From the NCBI GenBank assembly GCA_964554495.1, contig CAZKOY010000002.1:15408-79407 (forward strand): DNA of 64,000 nucleotides, given 5' to 3'. The notes under the pieces were generated by a model. The model saw only the letters and a list, made by a program, of their open reading frames with translations. It did no database searches and was not told where the DNA came from. How positions within the stretch are numbered: position 1 is the first letter of the stretch; every line of letters starts with the position of its first letter. This document shows positions 37,815 to 46,780 of the stretch, piece after piece. The position numbers and the translations under genes were made by a program. The DNA is from an uncultured Myxococcales bacterium. GTDB taxonomy: Bacteria > Myxococcota_A > Polyangia > Palsa-1104 > JAEUJZ01.

Positions 37815-38390
37815 TTACAACGGCAGCGGCGGCGGCGCCTTGGAGTTGATTCTTGCCGTCAGCACGTGGTCGCGCCAGGCGCCGTTTATATACAGGTACT
37901 CGCGCGCCAAGCCCTCGATGACGAAGCCAAGACGTGCAAGCACTGCGGCGCTGCGGTGATTTTCGGGGATGTAGTTGGCCATGATGCGATGCAGCGCAAG
38001 CTGGCTAAACACCCAGTCGATGCTCTCAGCAAGTGCCTCGGTCATCAGGCCCTGTCCGACGCAGTCCTGGTCCAAGCCATAACCCAAAAAACAAGCCAGA
38101 AACGGGCCGCGCAGGATGCTTGAAAAATGGACGAAGCCGATCACGCGCTGCGGGTCGGCTTTCGGCCGCAGAAACAGACGCAGGCTGCGCTCAGCCTCAC
38201 AGTCAGAACGGGAAAGGGCTAGCTGCTCACGCCAGTGAGGCTCGGTAAAGAACGCCTCGGCACGCGGCGGATCCCACGGCGCAAAATGTACTCGGTTTCG
38301 TCGCTGAAAGTCCGCGACGGCGGCTGCGCAGTCGACGTCCGGCACATTCAACCACAGTCGCGGCGTCGCAATGCAAAGCTCAGGGTTCAT
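37815..38390 (-). CDS. GNAT-family N-acetyltransferase (RimJ/RimL-like)
   Basis: ...VGQGLMTEALAESIDWVFSQLALHRIMANYIPENHRSAAVLARLGF... is a GNAT acetyl-CoA-binding core. Start trimmed to the ATG at 38390. Confidence 0.75.
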   Translation of the reverse strand: MNPELCIATPRLWLNVPDVDCAAAVADFQRRNRVHFAPWDPPRAEAFFTEPHWREQLALSRSDCEAERSLRLFLRPKADPQRVIGFVHFSSILRGPFLACFLGYGLDQDCVGQGLMTEALAESIDWVFSQLALHRIMANYIPENHRSAAVLARLGFVIEGLAREYLYINGAWRDHVLTARINSKAPPPLPL

Positions 38391-38483
38391 GGATGGAAAG
38401 CGGGAATAGCATGCCGAGCGAAACGAGCACGGCGTGATGCGGCCCAGCACACAACGACCGGATCGCGCGTGCCGTGCCGACGC

Positions 38484-38930
38484 TTACTTCAGAAGCAACC
38501 AGACGATGTCGCCCATCAGGCCCAGGATGGCAAAGGCACCAATGGCAAAGCTCAGCGTGCGCCACGGCTGCTTGCCGGCGAGATAAACGAACGAGTGAAG
38601 CCAGCGCGCACCGACGAAGATGCCAAAGATGATCTTGGCGTGCTCGGCGGGACCACCCAGCAGCACGAACACCAGACCCAAGGCCAAAAAGGGATAGATG
38701 TTGGCTTCGGCGTTGCGATGGGCGCGCAGGACGCGGGCCACCTCGGGCGGGTCGGTCTCAGTCACATGCGCACCCTTAGCCACCGTCGCGGCGTCCTCGG
38801 GGTTGAGCGCGGTCTTGGTCTTGCCGCGCACGCCCCCGCTATAGCCCCAAAGGAACATCAGGTTCAGACACAGAACGAGCGTCGCGAGGACATAAACCAT
38901 GAAGGCGGGATTGCTGGCGAGGGTCTGCAT
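38484..38930 (-). CDS. MAPEG-family membrane protein (microsomal GST-like)
   Basis: About 148 aa with 4 TM helices. RVLRAHRNAEANIYPFLALGLVFVL resembles the MAPEG signature. Start trimmed to the ATG at 38930. Confidence 0.65.
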   Translation of the reverse strand: MQTLASNPAFMVYVLATLVLCLNLMFLWGYSGGVRGKTKTALNPEDAATVAKGAHVTETDPPEVARVLRAHRNAEANIYPFLALGLVFVLLGGPAEHAKIIFGIFVGARWLHSFVYLAGKQPWRTLSFAIGAFAILGLMGDIVWLLLK

Positions 38931-39189
38931 ATGCACTCCTTCCCTATACAGGGTCACAGAATCACTAGGGTACACGGGCAAGACCCCTGGCTGCAGCAAC
39001 CATTACATTGGACGCCTGACCCAGGGCCCGGCATCCCCGGCTTGCATCCAGCGCGCCGTCCCCCGACCGGGGCTGCTTTGCCCCGCGGCAAAAAAGCGCT
39101 TCGCCGCCCTGTGACGCTGGCATATCCTCAGTCTTGGCGAGGGGATCGGCCCGCCTTGGGATCCTCCCCCGCGGGGGACAAAGAAGGCC

Positions 39190-41082
39190 ATGTCAGACGA
39201 GCGCGAGGAGAGCGAGAAGCTCGTCGGTGCGGTGCTAGCCAACACCTACCGCATCGAAAAGATGATCAACGAAGGCGGCATGGGCGCCATCTACCGAGCC
39301 CGCCACATTCGCACGGGCGGCACCTGCGCCGTGAAGATCCTGCACTCGCGCTCAGCCCAGAACAGCGAGCTATACGAGCGCTTCCAAGACGAGGCACGCA
39401 TCATCAGCTCTCTGCATCACCCGAACATCGTGACGGTGATGGATCTGGACAAGGACCAGACCGGCTGCGCCTTCATTGTCATGGAGCTTCTCGAAGGCGA
39501 AGACCTGCAAGACCGGCTAGAGCGCCTCGGCAAGCTGCCACTTGAAGACGCGCTCGAAATCGTCAAGCAGATCGGCAGTGCGCTGCAGGCGGCGCATCAG
39601 CGCGGCGTCATTCACCGCGATCTCAAGCCACGCAATATCTTCCTTTCGCAGCAGGATGTCGGCGGCAAGATGATCGAGGTGGCCAAGGTCATCGACTTTG
39701 GCGTGTCGAAGATCCCGCGACCGTCGGATCGCGCCACCAAGGATCTCTTGGTCCTGGGTACGCCGCGCTATATGGCGCCCGAAGGCGCGATGGGCCAGAA
39801 CTCGCAGATCGATGGCCGATCCGATCAGTGGTCGGTGGCGGTCATCTTGTATCGCATGCTGGCCGGCAAGCTGCCCTTTGATCAAGAGAGCGTCATCGAC
39901 CTGTTCAAGCAGGTGATCAACGACGATCCGACGCCGCTTGAGACGCTGGTTCCCGACCTGCCGCCCAACATCGCCGTCGCCGTCAAGCGCGCCTTGTCCA
40001 AGAAAAAGGAAGCGCGCTATCCGACGATGCTGGAGTTTCTGGCGGCGATCGAGCTTCCCGAGAACGAAAAAGCCAAGCTCCGCAAGAAGCGAGCCGCAGC
40101 CGCCAAAGCAGCGCAGGCCAGCCAGGCCGCAAGCCACTCGGGAAACGCGCCGGCCCTGGCGCCGCGTATCGCCTTTGTGCGCATGCTGGGCTTTGCTGGC
40201 ATCGGTGCGCTAGTCATGGCGCTTCTGCTGTTCCCCATCGTCCGCATGCTGTCGCGGCGCCCGGCCCAAGCCAGCGAGATGCTGCTTGCCGCCGAGCAAG
40301 CACTGATGGAAGAGCGCTGGGCCGATGCTCAGAGGCTGGCTGACCGCGTGCTCGAAATGAAGGGTGTCCCCGAAAGCGTGCGCGCCACCGCCGAGATCAC
40401 CAGTAAGCGAGCCAAGAACGGCACGCAGTCGCAGGAGTCGTACAAGAAGCTCGATGCAGCGATCGGCGCCAAGGACTATGACAGCGCGCTTCTGATCACG
40501 CGCGAGCTACCGCCGACCTTGCGCTTGAACCTGACGGCGCAGCAGCAGTACGAGATGCTTCTGACCTTGGTCGTCGGCAGCCACATCCAAAAAGCCGAAG
40601 CTGCGCGCACCGCCGGATCATGCGCCGACGTGCAGACTCACGTCGACAAGGTCCTTTCGGCTTCGCCTGACAACGAAGGGGCTCTTCAGGCGCGCTGGCG
40701 CCCCTGCGCTTCATTTGCTGGCGCTGTGCCACCGGGTCCCAAAAAGCTCGCCGGTTATCCGCCGGTCCGCGATGCACAGGGCACCGGGCTTGAGCTGCCG
40801 GGTGACTTTCCCGGCGGAGCAACCAGCCTGTCGGACATCGATCGGTTCCTGCGCGAAGCCCAAGTTGCGCACCAGCAAGGTCGCCTATGGCCGGCCGTCA
40901 GCTTGGCGCACGTCGCGACGGGTACGCCACTGCGCGCTCCAACCGCGTGGCGCATCGTCGGATCGACTGCCTGCGCGCTAAAGAACGCGACCTTGGTCGG
41001 CTTGGCCCTCGATCACCTCGACCCTGGCTCGCGCGAATTCGTTCGCGCCGCCTGCGAAAAAGCCGGCTTTTTGATCCGCTAG
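39190..41082 (+). CDS. Membrane Ser/Thr protein kinase with an extracytoplasmic helical region and a conserved C-terminal module
   Basis: NEGGMGAIYRA, CAVKIL, HRDLKPRNIFL, DFGVSK, GTPRYMAPE. TM segment FAGIGALVMALLLFPIV. C-terminal AWRIVGSTAC module. Confidence 0.9.
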   Translation: MSDEREESEKLVGAVLANTYRIEKMINEGGMGAIYRARHIRTGGTCAVKILHSRSAQNSELYERFQDEARIISSLHHPNIVTVMDLDKDQTGCAFIVMELLEGEDLQDRLERLGKLPLEDALEIVKQIGSALQAAHQRGVIHRDLKPRNIFLSQQDVGGKMIEVAKVIDFGVSKIPRPSDRATKDLLVLGTPRYMAPEGAMGQNSQIDGRSDQWSVAVILYRMLAGKLPFDQESVIDLFKQVINDDPTPLETLVPDLPPNIAVAVKRALSKKKEARYPTMLEFLAAIELPENEKAKLRKKRAAAAKAAQASQAASHSGNAPALAPRIAFVRMLGFAGIGALVMALLLFPIVRMLSRRPAQASEMLLAAEQALMEERWADAQRLADRVLEMKGVPESVRATAEITSKRAKNGTQSQESYKKLDAAIGAKDYDSALLITRELPPTLRLNLTAQQQYEMLLTLVVGSHIQKAEAARTAGSCADVQTHVDKVLSASPDNEGALQARWRPCASFAGAVPPGPKKLAGYPPVRDAQGTGLELPGDFPGGATSLSDIDRFLREAQVAHQQGRLWPAVSLAHVATGTPLRAPTAWRIVGSTACALKNATLVGLALDHLDPGSREFVRAACEKAGFLIR

Positions 41083-44000
41083 CTCTGCACACGCTCGTCG
41101 CTGCGCAGCCCTGCCAAGCGGTCGGCCTTGATCGAAACGGCACCGTCTTGTCGCTGCAAGATACCGTCGACGATCACAAGCGATGATCCACGCAGGGTCG
41201 CGCGATGCGCTTCATACACAGCCGGCGGCACGATGATGTTCAGAAGTCCGGCTTCGTCTTCCAAGGTCAAGAAACAGAAGCCTTTCGCCGTCGGTGGTCT
41301 TTGCCGCACGATGCACAGACCAGCGCTGCGTACCCGCGAACCTGGACGCGCTGCGCTCGCCTGCTGCGAGTTCAACACCCCCTGCTCGGCAAGCTGCGAT
41401 CGCAAAAGCGCAACAGGGTGTGGTCCGACGCTCAGCGAGGCGCCATGGAAGTCGGCGGCGATGCGCTCGGCAAGCGTCATCTCGGCAAGCGGTGACTCAG
41501 AATCGGCACTGGCACCGGCCAAGAGCCCCTCGCGATCGCCCATGGCGCTGACCTGCCACAGCGCGCTGCGTCGACTCGGCTGCCCGTCGAGGCGAGCAAA
41601 AGCACCAATCTCGGCCAAAGTCGCAAGATCGCGCGGCGACAAAAACGGCACCCGCTTGCGCAGGTCTCCCAGGCTCGCGTATGGCTCACGCTCGCGCTCT
41701 GCCACAAGTGCCTCGGCCGCTGCCTGCGACAGCCCGCGGACATAGCGCAGGCCCATGCGCAGCGCTGGCTGCTTGAGCGAGCCTCGCTGTGCCGATTCGG
41801 TGCCGTTCTCTGTCGCGTTCTCTGTCGCGTTCTCTGTCGCGTTCTCTGTCGCGTTCTCTGTCGCGTTCGCAGCCATCCCGTGCGCGGCCTGCACATCGCT
41901 CAGCGTGCAGCGCACCTGTGAAGTGTTGATCTCGATCGGCAGGACGCGCACACCGTGTCGCTGCGCGTCTTTGACCAGCGTCGCTGGGTGATAAAACCCC
42001 ATCGGCCATGCATTGAGCAGCGATGCATAAAACGCTGCGGGATGATGCGCTTTGAGATACGCACTGGCATAGGTCAAGTATGCGAAGCTGATGGCGTGTG
42101 ACTCAGGAAATCCGTATGCGGCAAACGCGGTGATCGACTGAACGATCTCGTCGGCGGCGGTCCCTGTGATGCCGCGCGCAGCCATGCCCTCGCGCAGCGT
42201 GGCCACCATGCGCGCCATCTTTTCAGCACCGTGCTTTCCGCCCATGGCCCGACGAAGCTCGTCGGCTTGCCCCCCGGTAAAACCGCCCGCGATCATCGCC
42301 ACGCGCATGATCTGTTCCTGAAACAGCGGGATACCCAACGTGCGCGCCAAGACCGGCTCTAGCGACGGATGCAGAAAGCGAACAGGCTCGCGTCCAGCAC
42401 GCCGCTTGAGATACGGATGCACCATGTCACCGATGATCGGGCCTGGACGAATCAGCCCGACCTGCACGACCAAGTCATAAAACGTGCGTGGCTGCGTGCG
42501 CGGCAAGATGGCCATCTGCGCCCGGCTTTCGATCTGGAATACTCCGACGGTGTCACCACGGGCAATCAGGTCATACGTCGCGCGATCGCCTTCGGGTAGC
42601 GTGTGCAGATCGAACGGGACTCCGTGATGGTGCGGCACAAGCGCACGCGCTTCGGCCAGCGCTGCCAGCATGCCCAAGCCCAATAAATCGATCTTCACAA
42701 TGCCCAGATCTTCGACATCGTCTTTGTCCCACTGCATGACGACGCGACCGGGCATGGCCGCGGGCTCTAGCGGCACGACTTCATCCAAGCGGCCGGCCGC
42801 GATGATCATGCCGCCGGGGTGCTGCGCAAAGTGGCGCGGCAGATCTTGGATCTGCGTCCACAGCGTCGCAAAGCGCTGACCAGCAAGCGAATCAGGATCG
42901 ATGCCGGCTTCGCGCATGCGCTGGGGTAGCGTGGCCGTTTCGCCCTGCCCTGTCTCGGGGCTGGGAGCGCGCGGATCTTCGTAATGCCCCACGGACTTGG
43001 CCAGGCGATCGATGGCTTCGCCGGGAAGCTCTAGCACTTTGCCCAGGTCGCGCACGGCGCTGCGCCCGCGATACGTGATGACGCTGCCAGTCATGGCGCA
43101 GCCGTGGGGGCCGTACTTGCGATACAGGTGCTGGATGATCTCTTCGCGCGCTGCACCCGATGGCAGATCGAGGTCGATATCGGGCCACTCACCACGCTCT
43201 TCGGACAGAAAGCGCTCGAACAGAAGATCCATCTTCAGCGGGTCGCAGGCCGTGATGCCAAGCGCGTAACAGACGGCAGAGTTGGCGGCGCTGCCGCGGC
43301 CCTGCGCCAAGATGCCGCGGGCTCGACACAGCTCGATGATGTCCCAGACGATCAGGAAATAGCCGCTGAGTCCGAGCTTGGCGATCAACCCAAGCTCACG
43401 ATCAAGCTGAGCACGAACTCGATCGGAAAATGGCTGAAAGCGCGTCGGGGCTGCGTCAAGCACGCGAGCGCGCAGAAAGTCATGCTGCGCGGCCTGCTTG
43501 TGCTCATGCGGCAGCGCGGGATCGCAGCCTGGTACTGGATAATCGGGAAAGCGATAGCCCAGATCGCGCAGCGAAAACTGGCAGCGTGCGGCGATGTCGA
43601 GCGTGCATTCCAGCGCTTGCGGTACGTCGGAAAACAGCGCAGCCAGGTCTTTGGGCGGCTTCAGATAGCGCTCGCCATTGCGCAGAAGTCGCGTGCCGGC
43701 CGTGCGCAGCGTCACGCATTGGCGCACGCAGTCCAGCGCATCGCACAAGAGCGCGCGGTCGCGCTGCGCGCTGCGCACATCGTTGCTGACAACCAGCGGA
43801 ATTTCATGCCGCTGCGACAGGCGCAACATGGCCAGGTTGCGACGATCTTCCTCGCGCTCGAAGTGGACCTGCAGCTCTAAAAACAGACCCTGCTGACCGC
43901 TGCGGCAGAACATCGATCGCAAGCGCTGCAGCGTCTTTTCGACGGCAGAAACGGCATCGCTGCGCCCCGAAGACACCTGGGAAAGCGCGTGGGCGACGAT

Positions 44001-44396
44001 CGAATCAGGGCCCCCGACGATGGCAATCAAGCCGGTGGACAGATCTTCAAGATCATCGCTGGACAGCGCGCCCTGTGGGCCGCTGCCTTGGCGGCGCTTC
44101 TCGCTGCTGATCAAGCGGCACAGGTGGCGATAGCCGACGGCGTTTTCGCACAGAAGCAGAAGCGGCTGCCCGTCAATGCAGAGCTCAGCTCCGACGATAG
44201 GATGGATGCCAGCCCGCGCCGCTGCTTTCAAAAAACGCGCCGCGCCGTATAGGCCGCAGCGATCGGTCAAGGCCAGCGCGCGATAGCCAAGCGCAGACGC
44301 GGCAGCGACGAGCTCTTCCGGCTGGCTTACGCCACGCAGAAACGAAAAGCCGCTCTGGCAGCGCAGCTCAACATAGTCACCAAGGGCCGATGACAT
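41079..44396 (-). CDS. dnaE2: Error-prone DNA polymerase DnaE2 (ImuC)
   Basis: N-terminal PHP YVELRCQSGFSFLRG. Pol III alpha core ...GIPLFQEQIMRVA.... OB-fold tail. 1105 aa, last gene after imuA-imuB. Confidence 0.95.
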   Translation of the reverse strand: MSSALGDYVELRCQSGFSFLRGVSQPEELVAAASALGYRALALTDRCGLYGAARFLKAAARAGIHPIVGAELCIDGQPLLLLCENAVGYRHLCRLISSEKRRQGSGPQGALSSDDLEDLSTGLIAIVGGPDSIVAHALSQVSSGRSDAVSAVEKTLQRLRSMFCRSGQQGLFLELQVHFEREEDRRNLAMLRLSQRHEIPLVVSNDVRSAQRDRALLCDALDCVRQCVTLRTAGTRLLRNGERYLKPPKDLAALFSDVPQALECTLDIAARCQFSLRDLGYRFPDYPVPGCDPALPHEHKQAAQHDFLRARVLDAAPTRFQPFSDRVRAQLDRELGLIAKLGLSGYFLIVWDIIELCRARGILAQGRGSAANSAVCYALGITACDPLKMDLLFERFLSEERGEWPDIDLDLPSGAAREEIIQHLYRKYGPHGCAMTGSVITYRGRSAVRDLGKVLELPGEAIDRLAKSVGHYEDPRAPSPETGQGETATLPQRMREAGIDPDSLAGQRFATLWTQIQDLPRHFAQHPGGMIIAAGRLDEVVPLEPAAMPGRVVMQWDKDDVEDLGIVKIDLLGLGMLAALAEARALVPHHHGVPFDLHTLPEGDRATYDLIARGDTVGVFQIESRAQMAILPRTQPRTFYDLVVQVGLIRPGPIIGDMVHPYLKRRAGREPVRFLHPSLEPVLARTLGIPLFQEQIMRVAMIAGGFTGGQADELRRAMGGKHGAEKMARMVATLREGMAARGITGTAADEIVQSITAFAAYGFPESHAISFAYLTYASAYLKAHHPAAFYASLLNAWPMGFYHPATLVKDAQRHGVRVLPIEINTSQVRCTLSDVQAAHGMAANATENATENATENATENATENGTESAQRGSLKQPALRMGLRYVRGLSQAAAEALVAEREREPYASLGDLRKRVPFLSPRDLATLAEIGAFARLDGQPSRRSALWQVSAMGDREGLLAGASADSESPLAEMTLAERIAADFHGASLSVGPHPVALLRSQLAEQGVLNSQQASAARPGSRVRSAGLCIVRQRPPTAKGFCFLTLEDEAGLLNIIVPPAVYEAHRATLRGSSLVIVDGILQRQDGAVSIKADRLAGLRSDERVQS
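41804..41870 (-). repeat. In-frame 12-bp tandem repeat (5.5 copies) inside dnaE2 encoding (NATE)5
   Basis: cgttctctgtcg x5 on the plus strand, then a partial cgttcgc. Translates on the minus strand to ANATENATENATENATENATENGTE. Confidence 0.95.
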
Positions 44397-44416
44397 GGGC
44401 CGCCTCGATCCCCGCT

Positions 44417-45784
44417 TCAGTCATAGACCGCATCGACGAACCAGCTGCCCTGATCTAGGTCATGGCGCAAGCGCAGCAGACTGCCGCTTTCCAGCTCGAC
44501 ATCGAAGTAATCGTGCGTCTGTCCGCCCTCGCAAAATCGATAGGGGCCGCCACTGCGCCGCACCTCGCCAGCATACGGTCCGCCGTCTAAGCGAGTCGGT
44601 GCCACGGCCTGACACAACACCTGCGCTGGTTGGGCAGGACGCAGGACGCGCGTCGCCAGAAACAGGCTCAGCGTTGCCGTCGCGGCGTTCATGTCTAATC
44701 CGCGCAAGGCTGTCGCAGCATCGCTGCGAGGTCGACGCAGGCTAGGCTCGACGAATTCGGCCAGATCCGCAGCCCCCGGCGTATAGCGGTCCGGTACCTG
44801 CGGCTGCCCGATGCGGCTCGCTCCGCACAGCGCTTGCAGGCGAGCCAGCGTCGTCGCCAAGCGCTCGGGCGCGGGGCCAGCCGGCGCAAACAGATCGAGC
44901 TGCACCGGCCGCGGGTCGACGGGCTGTGCGCGAATCTCGATGCGCTCGATGGCGGCACGCAGCGGCTGTGATTCCAGCGACACGCGCACAAGATCCAGCA
45001 GCGCAGACACTTTCTGCGTCGGAGCAGCCACCGCGATGGCGCGACGCTCTTCCCCATGCGAGGCCCCGCGGGCCAAGAGTGGCTCTGCAAGCTGCAGGCG
45101 TAGTTGCAAGCCGCCACACGCCGATGATCGCGCCCGCAACCTCGTCACGACGCGATCGAGCAGCCCACGAAACACGAACAAAAGCGGCTCTAAATCCGCC
45201 ACAGGATCGAGCAGACCTTGCTCTTCGACAACCTCTGCCGATGGGGGCGAGGGGTAAAGCGGAGCCTGGCACTCGCCGCAGGCCAGCTGATGCAGAAGCA
45301 GACCACTCTGCCCCAGGCGAGCAGCTACGGCTTTTCGTGGCAAGCGGGCCAAGTCGCCGACCTGTGCAAGGCCCCACTGCTGCAAGCGCACGCTCTGATC
45401 CGCCGACGGATCCAGCACGGACAAGGGCAGCGAGGCGATGGCGCTGCGTTCCCAGCCAGCCGGCACGATCGCCGACGGAGCCTGCGGACTCAGCCCGCGA
45501 GCCCGCACCTGCGCCACGGCCTTGTTGCTGGCGATGGCTACACCGACAGAAAAATCCAGCTCTGTCGCCATGGCCTGCATGGCCGAGACGAGCTCATATT
45601 CACTGGGGTACAGCCGTCGCAGATCGCCGACTTCTAAGCAGACCGTGGGATCCAAAAGGGAACGCCCGCGCTCAATCCGCGGCGAAAATGCCGTGGCCAG
45701 ATCGTGCAGTGCATCCAAACGAGACGCCGCAGGCGCGACCGCATCAAACAGGCGAAGACAGGCAATCCGCGAAGGCAGGCGCAT
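44417..45784 (-). CDS. imuB: ImuB, Y-family polymerase-like mutasome subunit
   Basis: Start trimmed to the ATG at 45784 (MRLPSRIACLRLFD...). Y-family-like core ...VGVAIASNKAVAQV.... Positioned between imuA and dnaE2. 16-nt overlap with the imuA stop. Confidence 0.85.
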   Translation of the reverse strand: MRLPSRIACLRLFDAVAPAASRLDALHDLATAFSPRIERGRSLLDPTVCLEVGDLRRLYPSEYELVSAMQAMATELDFSVGVAIASNKAVAQVRARGLSPQAPSAIVPAGWERSAIASLPLSVLDPSADQSVRLQQWGLAQVGDLARLPRKAVAARLGQSGLLLHQLACGECQAPLYPSPPSAEVVEEQGLLDPVADLEPLLFVFRGLLDRVVTRLRARSSACGGLQLRLQLAEPLLARGASHGEERRAIAVAAPTQKVSALLDLVRVSLESQPLRAAIERIEIRAQPVDPRPVQLDLFAPAGPAPERLATTLARLQALCGASRIGQPQVPDRYTPGAADLAEFVEPSLRRPRSDAATALRGLDMNAATATLSLFLATRVLRPAQPAQVLCQAVAPTRLDGGPYAGEVRRSGGPYRFCEGGQTHDYFDVELESGSLLRLRHDLDQGSWFVDAVYD

Positions 45785-45798
45785 GGCAGTCTCCGTCG

Positions 45799-46689
45799 CT
45801 ATCGCAGCATGCGCAGGGCGATCGAGTCGCCGGGAGCAGACAGTCGGCTGCGCGTCACTTCGATGGCTGTGCGCTGGCTGTGCAGAAGCCAGCGACCGCC
45901 GGGAACGCGCTGCCAGATGGCTTCTCCGCTGGCGCAGCGCAGGGTTGCCACGGCAAAGCTGCCGCTGACCGCTTCGTCGCTGACCAGCAAGAGCGCGGTG
46001 TTGGCTTTTTCGGCTCGTCCCAGCACGCGAGACCAAGCCGCGCTCGATGCGCAGGCCCGTGCCGCCTGCTTGTTGCGCGTCGCGGCCCCCCCCAAATAAA
46101 GAACCACCAGGCCAAAGCCCCCAGCCGACAGCAGCAAATCCAGCGCCTTCAGTCCGTCGCTGACGCGGTCTTCAGGGCTGGCCGTTGTTGCTTCGTTTGC
46201 CGATGCGCTCTTCCCGACTGCGGCGCGATCTGTCTCGATGGACTCGCGATCGCCAGTGCGAGGGCGAACCCACAGCAGCTGATGCAGATCGACGCCGATA
46301 CGCTCTGCAGTCTGCACATCGAGCGCATCTTCGACGTCGATGAATGCACACAGCTCACCGCGCTGCGTTGCCGCGGCCAGGGCCAAAAGGGTAAAGGCTA
46401 GCTTGCCAGCCCCACCCGCGATCTCGACGAGCTTGCCGCGCGGCAGGCCCCCGCGCAGAGCGGCATCCAGCGGCTCTAGCGTCGTCGAAAGCGGAGCCGG
46501 AGCATGACGGGCTGGAGCCTGCGCCGCGAGCTTCTGCCGCAGCATGGACAGGGCATCGGCTTGGCCAGGATTACCACCAGCAGCCAAGCGGCTCGGGCCA
46601 AACGAGCGCAGCGACTCTTCTGCGCTTGCTTCCGCCGGCAGAGAGAAATCGCTCGTCGCTGAAAGCGCTCGGGCAGCCATACTTGACAT
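45799..46689 (-). CDS. imuA: ImuA, RecA/SulA-like mutasome subunit
   Basis: LDAALRGGLPRGKLVEIAGGAGKLAFTLLALAAATQRGELCAFIDVEDALD is a RecA-fold-like core without a canonical P-loop lysine context. Start uncertain: ATG at 46689, 46680 or 46719. Confidence 0.8.
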   Translation of the reverse strand: MSSMAARALSATSDFSLPAEASAEESLRSFGPSRLAAGGNPGQADALSMLRQKLAAQAPARHAPAPLSTTLEPLDAALRGGLPRGKLVEIAGGAGKLAFTLLALAAATQRGELCAFIDVEDALDVQTAERIGVDLHQLLWVRPRTGDRESIETDRAAVGKSASANEATTASPEDRVSDGLKALDLLLSAGGFGLVVLYLGGAATRNKQAARACASSAAWSRVLGRAEKANTALLLVSDEAVSGSFAVATLRCASGEAIWQRVPGGRWLLHSQRTAIEVTRSRLSAPGDSIALRMLR

Positions 46690-46780
46690 ACGAACAGTGT
46701 ACAAATGAGCAGTGATCAAGCAAGAAGAAAACAGGTAAACACAGGCAAAATTTTACCTGCTGACCTTATCCGGCCCTGGA

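Noticed and set aside
38235-39545. 436-aa plus-strand ORF spanning the GNAT and MAPEG genes and the kinase 5-prime end.
   Set aside because: It is extremely Arg/Gly/His-rich and overlaps three well-supported genes on other frames and strands. This is a typical high-GC artefact.
41804-41870. Considered whether the 12-bp repeats (and those at 25852 and 53677) could be a CRISPR-like array.
   Set aside because: The units are directly adjacent with no spacers, are only 12-18 bp long, lie in frame inside well-supported CDSs, and have no cas genes nearby.
44926-46401. 491-aa plus-strand ORF opposite imuB/imuA, with a similar one at 43104..43880 opposite dnaE2.
   Set aside because: These are antisense to genes with strong family signatures. 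The composition is dominated by Arg/Pro/Ala and there is no RBS or start context.
46682-46780. Tried to fit the recalled Myxococcus LexA box (CTRHAMRYBYGTTCAGS) to the imuA upstream region.
   Set aside because: Only 4 of the 10 left-half positions match and GTTCGT replaces GTTCAG. The CTGTTC half-site similarity is noted under the palindrome finding, but no LexA box is called here.
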